The position numbers were made by a program, and so were the translations under genes. 23,095 nt of DNA from the NCBI GenBank assembly GCA_964645535.1, contig CAZYCQ010000052.1, forward strand, positions 1-23,095, given 5' to 3'. The notes under the pieces are model-generated. The model saw only the letters and a list, made by a program, of their open reading frames with translations. It was not told where the DNA came from and made no database searches. The stretch comes from an uncultured archaeon (lineage in GTDB: Archaea > Asgardarchaeota > Heimdallarchaeia > Heimdallarchaeales > Kariarchaeaceae). Positions 8,106-15,437 of this stretch are shown here, one piece after another (within the stretch, counting starts at the first letter, position 1; each line of letters begins with the position of its first letter).

Positions 8106-9317
8106 TTATCGGGTCAAATCCAAGTAATCATCTTCATCATCAAAAAAGATTTCTTCATCAAGAACCTCTTCCAAGGTCAACTGATCATCTGCAATCTCGG
8201 GTTCAGTCAGGACTTGGAACTTGCTGGATTTCAAGAGCTTTGTTTTGACAATGTGATTGATCGAATCCATAACCTGAGAAATATCCTGCTCATTAAAGCT
8301 TGAAATGAAATGGACATTGTGATCGAGATCCACCACCATTGAATGGGACGAAACAAAATCGATAACCTGCCGTTCGATTTGCCTACGTTCCTCATCATTG
8401 ATGAGATCCACCTTGTTAACAACCAGAAGAAGTTCCGCCTGCGGATAGAAGTCCGCAAATTCCTCCACTAGCCGCAGCTGTTGCTCTACAGGATACGTTG
8501 CGGATATTGAGGGATCGATGATCACCAAGAGGATATCACTGATATGCTTAAGAGCTGCAATTGCCATCAGTTCGATTTCGTTCCTTTCCTTCAGGGATCT
8601 GTCAAGTATTCCAGGCGTATCGCAGAACTGAACCGTAACAAAACCGAATTTCCGATGTCCAAATACAAGCCGTTTGGTTGTGAAGGGATATGAGCCGATA
8701 TTCGGCTTCCCGGAAGTGGCATTGCGTACAAAAGATGATTTGCCAACATTAGGGACACCAGCAACAACCACACTGGGTTGCATGGGATTGAACCCGGGGA
8801 GGGATGAAAGAGTCTCATGAGCACGTCTCAGAACCTCCAAATGAGGTTCAATCTGATAGATAATGCTGGAGAAACGACCGAATGCCGCAGTCCGCAATTC
8901 GATATTCTGTGTTTTCGTGAAAGTATTGTTCAGGGCTTCATTGATTTCATTTTCGATATCGCGAATCAGGTGAACCGTCCCTTGGAGACCACCTAAAGCC
9001 TTTCTCAAGTTGTCCACACCGTTTGAGCTTTTTGGATCTGCCAAGAGAATGCTTGCCAATTCCAGATAGAGGGGATGGACAGAGTTTAAGGAGGGAAATT
9101 GCGAGATAATGCGCTGAAGACGATCTGCAAGAACATTTGCTGCCGTGTTGACACGGTTTCGCTCGTATTCCCGGTTCTTGACCAGAGGTTCAGCACCCCT
9201 GAGTTGAGGAGGTGCGATCTTCATGGCCCTACCAAAAGCCAGATCCAAGAGTTCTTGGGCACTTTCAATCCGGCTGACCTTGGCAAACGGATTCGCACCT
9301 GCCAGTTCCATTGTCAT
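8106..9317 (-). CDS. nog1: NOG1-family (OBG-like) GTP-binding protein
   Basis: G1 GVPNVGKSS, G2 YPFTT, G3 DTPGILDR, ERNEIE, G4 NKVD, helical N-terminal domain (FPSL..HPLYLEL, AFGRFSS) and acidic tail. Start is ATG 9317 or 9311. Confidence 0.93.
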   Translation of the reverse strand: MTMELAGANPFAKVSRIESAQELLDLAFGRAMKIAPPQLRGAEPLVKNREYERNRVNTAANVLADRLQRIISQFPSLNSVHPLYLELASILLADPKSSNGVDNLRKALGGLQGTVHLIRDIENEINEALNNTFTKTQNIELRTAAFGRFSSIIYQIEPHLEVLRRAHETLSSLPGFNPMQPSVVVAGVPNVGKSSFVRNATSGKPNIGSYPFTTKRLVFGHRKFGFVTVQFCDTPGILDRSLKERNEIELMAIAALKHISDILLVIIDPSISATYPVEQQLRLVEEFADFYPQAELLLVVNKVDLINDEERRQIERQVIDFVSSHSMVVDLDHNVHFISSFNEQDISQVMDSINHIVKTKLLKSSKFQVLTEPEIADDQLTLEEVLDEEIFFDDEDDYLDLTR

Positions 9318-9410
9318 CAAAATTTGGTTAATTTCGTGGATATTAAGATGAATGGTAATGACACTCCGCAAGAGGATAGGTTTAATAGATCGAGATTCAA
9401 TGAAGGAGTG

Positions 9411-9944
9411 ATGTATGGAAGAAGTTCGGCCGACAGGTCCATTGTGGATAAAATGATGCGGCTTTTCATAGTGCAGGCCATTTCGGGCTTTGTCTCAAGG
9501 GATTTCGATACCGGCATCCATTTCCTGAATGAAGTCAAGACACATTTTGCACAGAACCAGAGCCAGTTGAACCCAGTCTTGAAGGGATTGGCAAAGGATA
9601 TCATCCAATCCTTGGATATGCTTCAACCTGGTGCCTCAGCGGATGTTTTTGCAAATCACAATGCCAGCACGCCGACAACACCCCAGTCCGAGCTTGCAAG
9701 CATCCTCGGAAACAAAGCCAAAAAGCAAGAGGTTGTTCTCCCGGATTTGGAGGGAGAGATAGCCAATCCAGAGGTTGCCGAAGTGTTGAGAAGACGGAAG
9801 CTGCGAAACTCAGGACTGAAGGAAGAATTGGATGAAAAAAGCCTTGAGGATGAGCTGAATATTGGAGAGTTTCCTCTAGACAGTGAGGAGTTGCAAGAAC
9901 GAAGAAAACGCCGTAAACGATCCGAACTCTGGGATGAGCTCTAG
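9411..9944 (+). CDS. Hypothetical protein, about 177 aa, with helical N-terminus and charged, probably disordered C-terminus
   Basis: Non-overlapping part of ORF 9099..9944. ATG 9411 has GGAG just upstream and TTTAATAG at 9381-9388. The gene fills the gap between nog1 and the next gene. Confidence 0.75.
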   Translation: MYGRSSADRSIVDKMMRLFIVQAISGFVSRDFDTGIHFLNEVKTHFAQNQSQLNPVLKGLAKDIIQSLDMLQPGASADVFANHNASTPTTPQSELASILGNKAKKQEVVLPDLEGEIANPEVAEVLRRRKLRNSGLKEELDEKSLEDELNIGEFPLDSEELQERRKRRKRSELWDEL

Positions 9945-11069
9945 CTAAGGGGATTGGGATTTGGGCGGATTGAGAAGATGTGTTGTCAGATCGACACGTA
10001 GATCCGTAATCAATCCAAATACTTCCCTTTTCAGTTGATCCAGTTGGGAATCAGAAAGGGAAGGGATCATGGAGGGATACTTTTCAAGGATTTGCAGGTA
10101 TTTCTTTCCAAAATGATACAGATGCGCCTTGAAGGCAGGTGCAAAGCTGGTCAGATGGGACTGGTAAGCTTCATTGACAAAGATATTCAGAGAATGAAGC
10201 TCAAATCCCCCTCGGGCAGAAGGCATGGGACGAGAAAAGAACAACGACATCAAGGTGCCTGTCAGTGTAGTTCCATCGATTTTCAACGATTGATGGCTGG
10301 TGTTCAAGATGAAATCGGAAATGTTCACCAATTCGAAATCGACAACGGCAAAAGAGGCTACAATTGATCGGGAAATCAGAACCAAATCAAACTCAAAAGG
10401 ACTTGAAACAAACCCCACAGGACCGACCGCCTCGTCAAGAAAAGCACTGAAGGCGATGGGAATAATCTGGTTCATGTCCGAGTAGTAATCAGGAGCAATG
10501 TGACTTTCAATCTCAAAGGGCATGTTCCGGTATGCCTGAGTAATCTCTTCCGCAAATGCACCGACAAGATTGCGGAGCGTTCCAATCTGCCGTCTCATGG
10601 CAAATACCTTCATCAAGGCAGCAAGGGACAATCCAGCTTCGATACGATCCTTCTTTCTGGGCTTTTTCCCCTTCCGGGTATGCAGGACAAGCATGATGAG
10701 ATGCTCCTCCCCCATATTTATTCCATATGACCGGATCAGAGGCAGAAAAATCCGTCCTGCAAGAACCAACGTCTTGGTTCCTTCAAACTGTTCGTAATGG
10801 GAATGCTGAATTCTTTTCCATCTTCCAAGATCCTTTAATGTTTGAAGAATTTTGGCATTGTTCATTCCGAATTCCTGGACATGTCTCCATTGAGGATACC
10901 GAGAGCTGAGGGTGAAAACCCCCTGAACGCTCTTGCGAAGGAGAATGATATCCTTGACCTTGAGAAGGTTTACATGATAATTGATGGCCTCCACCAATAT
11001 TTTTTCTTCGTCTGCATTATCAAGCAAGCTTTCCATTATCAAATCGGAGATAAATGCAGACGATTGCAC
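9945..11069 (-). CDS. Hypothetical protein with GAF-like N-terminal domain and longin/uDENN-like C-terminal domain
   Basis: 374-aa ORF; TTAATATA lies 21 nt upstream of the GTG. The C-terminal half has FLDEAVGPVGFVSSP and FFSRPMPSARGGFELHSLNIFV. The CDS is solid; the domain calls are tentative. Confidence 0.65.
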   Translation of the reverse strand: MQSSAFISDLIMESLLDNADEEKILVEAINYHVNLLKVKDIILLRKSVQGVFTLSSRYPQWRHVQEFGMNNAKILQTLKDLGRWKRIQHSHYEQFEGTKTLVLAGRIFLPLIRSYGINMGEEHLIMLVLHTRKGKKPRKKDRIEAGLSLAALMKVFAMRRQIGTLRNLVGAFAEEITQAYRNMPFEIESHIAPDYYSDMNQIIPIAFSAFLDEAVGPVGFVSSPFEFDLVLISRSIVASFAVVDFELVNISDFILNTSHQSLKIDGTTLTGTLMSLFFSRPMPSARGGFELHSLNIFVNEAYQSHLTSFAPAFKAHLYHFGKKYLQILEKYPSMIPSLSDSQLDQLKREVFGLITDLRVDLTTHLLNPPKSQSP

Positions 11070-11155
11070 GATATAGTTTCGATATCTTCGTATATTAATC
11101 TTCTCAGAAATGCGCCAAGCAATGAAATCAGCAAAAAATCCACAATGAGACAGTT

Positions 11156-12073
11156 TTATGCAATAATACGAGTGCCGCCACTGCCTTCCAACGCGTCAAG
11201 TGCATGCTCACGCGAGGTGATGATGGCAAAACGACCAGACCTCCCCTTGATAAAACGGATGCAGGATTCCACCTTCGGTTTCATTGTCCCTTCCCCAAAT
11301 AAACCTTCAGCCACCATGCGTTCAGCTTCGGCCACGTGCAAAACATCAAGGTGTTCCTCATCTTCCTGACCATAATTGCGATAGGCACCGTCAACATTGG
11401 TGATGATGATCAAGCAGTCAGCGTCAATGTTGTCCCCCAAAACCGCAGATGCACGATCCTTGTCAATTACCGCATCTACAGGTTCCAACCTTCCCTCATC
11501 TGAAATGACGGGAGTGCCACCCCCACCAACTGCAATGACCAGCACTCCATCATCAATCAACCGCTTGATCACACCAGCCTCAACTATCTCCAACGGTTCA
11601 GGAGACGCAACCACACGTCGATAGCCCAGAGGAAAGGATTTGTAGATCTCATCATCCCCAATTTTGATCCTTGAAAACTCTTCATCAGAGAAAAACGGAC
11701 CGATCGGTTTTACAGGGTTCTCGAAGCCGGGATCTGAACCGTCAACAATCACGGATGTAGGCACAACCACAACCTCCCGATCTGTCACCAACCCCCGTAA
11801 GGCCAATTCCAGAAGAACTCCGATCTGAGCCTGTGTCATCGCCCCCAATATCCGAAGAGGCAGAGCCGGAACTCGATCCGAGGCAGCCTGCTGGATCAGA
11901 AGATTTCCCACCTGTGGGCCATTGCCATGGGTCACAACCACATCATGCCCAAGATCAAGATACCCCTTAATGACATTCGCCGTCTCCCGTATTTTCTGAA
12001 CCTGTCTTTCATAAGTACCCGTTTCCTTGCCATCTGTAATCATGTTGCCGCCGATCGCCACTACGATTTTCAT
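11156..12073 (-). CDS. arcC: Carbamate kinase
   Basis: VVAIGGN, THGNGPQVG, KPIGPF, RRVVASPEP, GGGGTPV, AVIDKD and GTMKPKVE. Confidence 0.96.
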   Translation of the reverse strand: MKIVVAIGGNMITDGKETGTYERQVQKIRETANVIKGYLDLGHDVVVTHGNGPQVGNLLIQQAASDRVPALPLRILGAMTQAQIGVLLELALRGLVTDREVVVVPTSVIVDGSDPGFENPVKPIGPFFSDEEFSRIKIGDDEIYKSFPLGYRRVVASPEPLEIVEAGVIKRLIDDGVLVIAVGGGGTPVISDEGRLEPVDAVIDKDRASAVLGDNIDADCLIIITNVDGAYRNYGQEDEEHLDVLHVAEAERMVAEGLFGEGTMKPKVESCIRFIKGRSGRFAIITSREHALDALEGSGGTRIIA

Positions 12074-12148
12074 TGCATAGCAAGATCAATTGGCCAAGTT
12101 TTAAAATCAAGCTTCGTGACGCGGATTTTGAATGAAATAGATGTCAAA
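12010..12148. repeat. Direct repeat copy 1 (arcC 5' end plus promoter), core 12093-12121
   Basis: Core gccaagttttaaaatcaagcttcgtgacg is 27/29 identical to 13027-13055, with weaker gapped similarity on both sides. Confidence 0.8.
12099..12106 (-). promoter_or_regulatory. Putative TATA box of arcC
   Basis: TTTTAAAA ends 25 nt upstream of the arcC ATG at 12073. Confidence 0.6.
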
Positions 12149-12223
12149 GGGCAAATACAAGACCAAACAAAATCCAAACCACCTAAGAAACAAATAAAAA
12201 TAAAAAAGTGAAGTGAAAAACAT

Positions 12224-12931
12224 ATGCAAGACCTTGCCAAGTGGACAAAACGAATGGCAATCGCAAATTTCCTCCTCGCCATGGTGTTCATCTTCTTCCT
12301 ACCTTTCGGAATTTTCGTCTCATTCTTTGGGGTCACACCCATAACCCTCCTGTTATTGCTTTACATTTTTCTCCTTGCAGAACTTTACATCAACGCCGCA
12401 ACCATAATGACTGCAAGGAAATACAGCAGTAAACCACAGAGAATCTTCCTGTTCGGTACCGGCTTTCTCATCAACTCATTCCTCCTCAGAACTTCGATCC
12501 CCCTCTATTTCCTGAGAATCTTCCTCAACCCCGAAATCATTGGAGCCGTACCATTCTTCAAAATCCTATCATTCATCTTTGCACCCCAGATATATCTCCC
12601 CCTTAGCGGATTGCTCTTTGGAATGACAATCCTCACCATCTCTAAGGATGTCCATGTACCATCGGTGCAGTCAAACCTGAAATTGGTGGCGGCAATTCAC
12701 TTTCTGCTCACGGCAATCTGGGTATGGCTTGCAATTGAATCTCAAGGAGTCGAAGGACTTGCCAGCCTCGGGATCGCATTCTTTGCATTCATACCCGGAA
12801 CAGTCAAAGGGATACTCCTACCCCTCTACACCGCATACGTGTTCAACAAGTGGTCAAAATCCATGGCAAATATGTCTTTATCAGAGTTATACCCTACACA
12901 AAATTTACACCAAGGAATTGAAGGATTCTAA
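12224..12931 (+). CDS. Polytopic membrane protein of unknown function (paralog A)
   Basis: 235 aa with about six hydrophobic segments; shares ordered motifs with 18830..19384. Confidence 0.85.
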   Translation: MQDLAKWTKRMAIANFLLAMVFIFFLPFGIFVSFFGVTPITLLLLLYIFLLAELYINAATIMTARKYSSKPQRIFLFGTGFLINSFLLRTSIPLYFLRIFLNPEIIGAVPFFKILSFIFAPQIYLPLSGLLFGMTILTISKDVHVPSVQSNLKLVAAIHFLLTAIWVWLAIESQGVEGLASLGIAFFAFIPGTVKGILLPLYTAYVFNKWSKSMANMSLSELYPTQNLHQGIEGF

Positions 12932-12950
12932 ACAGAAATCTTTGGTTACC

Positions 12951-13062
12951 CATAAGGTACTGGATTCCTTGTCATCACCAATTCATGTTTTCACTGATTT
13001 TCTCAATCCATCAGCAAAAACAAATCGCCAAGTCTTGAAATCAAGCTTCGTGACGTGTCAAA
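12951..13062. repeat. Direct repeat copy 2: decayed duplicate of the arcC 5' end and promoter, core 13027-13055
   Basis: cataaggtactggattccttgtcatcaccaattcatgtt resembles arcC cataagtacccgtttccttgccatctgtaatcatgtt, and is followed by the 29-bp core. Confidence 0.78.
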
Positions 13063-13063
13063 C

Positions 13064-13804
13064 TTAACGATTGCTGAATACGGGAGGAGGACCACCACCA
13101 CCACCCAGTCCAGTATTCTGAGATACGGAATAGCTGAAATAGATGTAGTTGAGGTAGGGAAGATAAGTCAAAACCGATGCACAACTTGGAGCACCATAGT
13201 TCGGAGTTGAAGGATCAACAGAAATGACCGATGTACCACCATTGGATCCGCCGTCGTCAGTTTGGCAATTGATGAAATCGGCTTCCGTCCATTCTCCAAG
13301 ATTCACATCGGTAGACAAAACCACATCGCCTCCATTCAACGACGTTTTGTAGCCGTCAGGAATATGATGCACTTTGAAGCTGCCAGTTCCCGTCACCTTG
13401 ACCTTCGCATCGAAAATGACATCATAGGCGAGAAAGTCTTTCTCTTTCAATTCAATATGGAAGCTATCACCCAAAACCATGACAAAAGAGACAGTAATCG
13501 AATAGGAGAACGACAGGATTTCACATGATCGTCTCTTAATGTATTCCGTGCTTGTTTGGGAAAACACATAAGGTTCACCACATTCTATCCCTTTGGAACG
13601 AGACCCCAACAAATAGGTACCTCCATTCGGAAGGGAAAGATAGAGTGTGTTCGTATCTCCGCTTTCAAGATCTGTACCAAATCCAATCCTGCTGATTGTC
13701 AGAGTCACATTGTAGATACTGCCTCCGTTTGCAGGTTGAATGGCAAAACTCAAGGGGAGCAGAGCAAATAAAATTCCAAGACTGAGAAACTTTCGTTTTC
13801 TCAT
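13064..13804 (-). CDS. Secreted beta-rich protein, possibly C2-like fold, with Gly/Pro tail
   Basis: Signal peptide MRKRKFLSLGILFALLPLSFAIQPANG; four Cys; GGGGGPPP near the C-terminus; TTTAAAAG about 23 nt upstream of ATG 13804. Confidence 0.8.
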   Translation of the reverse strand: MRKRKFLSLGILFALLPLSFAIQPANGGSIYNVTLTISRIGFGTDLESGDTNTLYLSLPNGGTYLLGSRSKGIECGEPYVFSQTSTEYIKRRSCEILSFSYSITVSFVMVLGDSFHIELKEKDFLAYDVIFDAKVKVTGTGSFKVHHIPDGYKTSLNGGDVVLSTDVNLGEWTEADFINCQTDDGGSNGGTSVISVDPSTPNYGAPSCASVLTYLPYLNYIYFSYSVSQNTGLGGGGGPPPVFSNR

Positions 13805-13963
13805 GATGAAGTGCAAAATAGAAATTCCTTTTAAATATTCCGCAGAACAGATGAATCAATCAAAAAAAAATTTACGCAACAGCAAGATGACCTAGACTTT
13901 GCACGCATGAACCAAGAGGACAAGAATGAGATGGTCCGTGAAATGAAACCTAGATTCATCCTT

Positions 13964-14632
13964 TCAGCAAACGGATCGAGGGGCGAAATCCAAGTCAATC
14001 AAATAGTCACACATACGCGCTAGGTGGGGGTCATGTGTGACCAAGAATATATACTCAAGCTGAGAGCAAAATAACTGTTGCTTCAAAAACTGAAATACTT
14101 TTTTCGAGTTTTTGACATCAAGGGATGAGGTGACTTCATCGGCAAACAGCAATTTCGGTTCCCGCAATAACATAAAGATTACAGAATATCTCTGCCTTTC
14201 TCCCACACTGAGCTTTTTGAATTTTGTTCGCAGATTATAGAAAAGGTCAATTTGGCTAGCCAGATCCCTCAGATACTTTTTTTTATCATTACTAAGCCTC
14301 GTAGTTCCAACAGCAACAGCAGCATTTTGCTCAATAGTCAAATTTTCCAAGCCCCATACATGCTGAGGAATGAAACTGGCATAATTTCCATCTAATAGGG
14401 TTCCTTTGTCATTAGACAGAATGATATCATGATCATCAATCCTGTAATGGACAGTTCCATATTTTGCAGGCAGTAAATTGGAAAGGGACAGGAGAAATGA
14501 CGTCTTGCCCGAGCCACTTGGCCCCACAATTCCAACAATCTTTTTCTTTTGATCTATTTTGAAAGACAGATTTTTTTTGAAAAGAAAGTTATGCCGATCG
14601 AAGCTTATATTGAACTCTTTGATTTCAATCAA
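13964..14632 (-). CDS. ABC transporter ATP-binding protein (LolD/MacB-like)
   Basis: Walker A GPSGSGKT, signature LSVGERQR, Walker B LLFADE, H-loop VTHD. Start taken as TTG 14632, with GGAGGT 7 nt upstream. Confidence 0.92.
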   Translation of the reverse strand: MIEIKEFNISFDRHNFLFKKNLSFKIDQKKKIVGIVGPSGSGKTSFLLSLSNLLPAKYGTVHYRIDDHDIILSNDKGTLLDGNYASFIPQHVWGLENLTIEQNAAVAVGTTRLSNDKKKYLRDLASQIDLFYNLRTKFKKLSVGERQRYSVIFMLLREPKLLFADEVTSSLDVKNSKKVFQFLKQQLFCSQLEYIFLVTHDPHLARMCDYLIDLDFAPRSVC

Positions 14633-14633
14633 A

Positions 14634-15431
14634 TCATTGACCTCCAAATCGTATCCGTAATTCATTTTGGGAAAGAGAGAGCATGGTAGGAGCCATATCC
14701 GGCAAATCTTCAATTATTTGGACAGGAAGGGGAATTTTTGGTGTAATACCCATGAAAATGCCATTGTATGTTTGACTTTTCATGTCAGACATCATCATCT
14801 CATTGGAAAATTTCCCATAGTGGACAATTTGACCGCCTTCCACCACCGCAGTGACATCAAGCATTTTGGCGATAGTTGGATTATGGGTTGTAACTATACC
14901 AATCGCATTTTTTTCAACACAATACTCCTTTATGATTTTAATTACGTCCAGAGCCAGATCATAATTCAACTTGCTTGTAGGTTCATCAAGAATGAGAACC
15001 TTCGGTTCTTGGCATAGAGTTATTGCAAGAACAAATCTTTGCAATTCCCCTCCTGATAAGGTTTTGATGCTTCCATTTCTTCTCTCGGACAAGTTAAGTT
15101 TCAAAAGATACTCTTCAAACCGTTTCCGATAGGCAGAAGGAAGAAGTTGTTGGTATTGATTGATGGTAAGATCCAAAACCAGATTTTTTTCAGGCTCTTG
15201 AGATATCATCAGGAGATCCGTCTGACTGACATTTTCAAATTCGATTTTCCCTGAAAGCAATTTGATTTGATTGGTAATTGCCTTAAGAATAGTCGACTTT
15301 CCAGTCCCACTTACACCTACGATGCCATAGACTTTTCCAGCCTCAAAGAGAAGGCTTAAACCCTTTATGACTAGATTGAATTGGTAGAGATTTTGGTAGC
15401 CAATATATAGATCTTCTAATTTGATTTTCAT
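14634..15431 (-). CDS. ABC transporter ATP-binding protein with short C-terminal extension
   Basis: GVSGTGKS, LSGGELQR, VLILDEPT and TTHN. Confidence 0.93.
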   Translation of the reverse strand: MKIKLEDLYIGYQNLYQFNLVIKGLSLLFEAGKVYGIVGVSGTGKSTILKAITNQIKLLSGKIEFENVSQTDLLMISQEPEKNLVLDLTINQYQQLLPSAYRKRFEEYLLKLNLSERRNGSIKTLSGGELQRFVLAITLCQEPKVLILDEPTSKLNYDLALDVIKIIKEYCVEKNAIGIVTTHNPTIAKMLDVTAVVEGGQIVHYGKFSNEMMMSDMKSQTYNGIFMGITPKIPLPVQIIEDLPDMAPTMLSLSQNELRIRFGGQ

Positions 15432-15437
15432 GACATT

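Noticed and set aside
9099-9410. N-terminal 104 codons of ORF 9099..9944
   Set aside because: Overlaps nog1 on the opposite strand; TATA-like and SD-like signals point to ATG 9411.
9930-9944. C-terminal WDEL as a KDEL-like retention signal, and nearby RRKRRKR as an NLS
   Set aside because: No signal peptide, prokaryotic context, and such short motifs arise by chance.
12093-13055. The 29-bp repeats as a CRISPR array or integron attC sites
   Set aside because: Only two copies about 930 bp apart, no cas or integrase gene, and no attC-type inverted core sites recognised.
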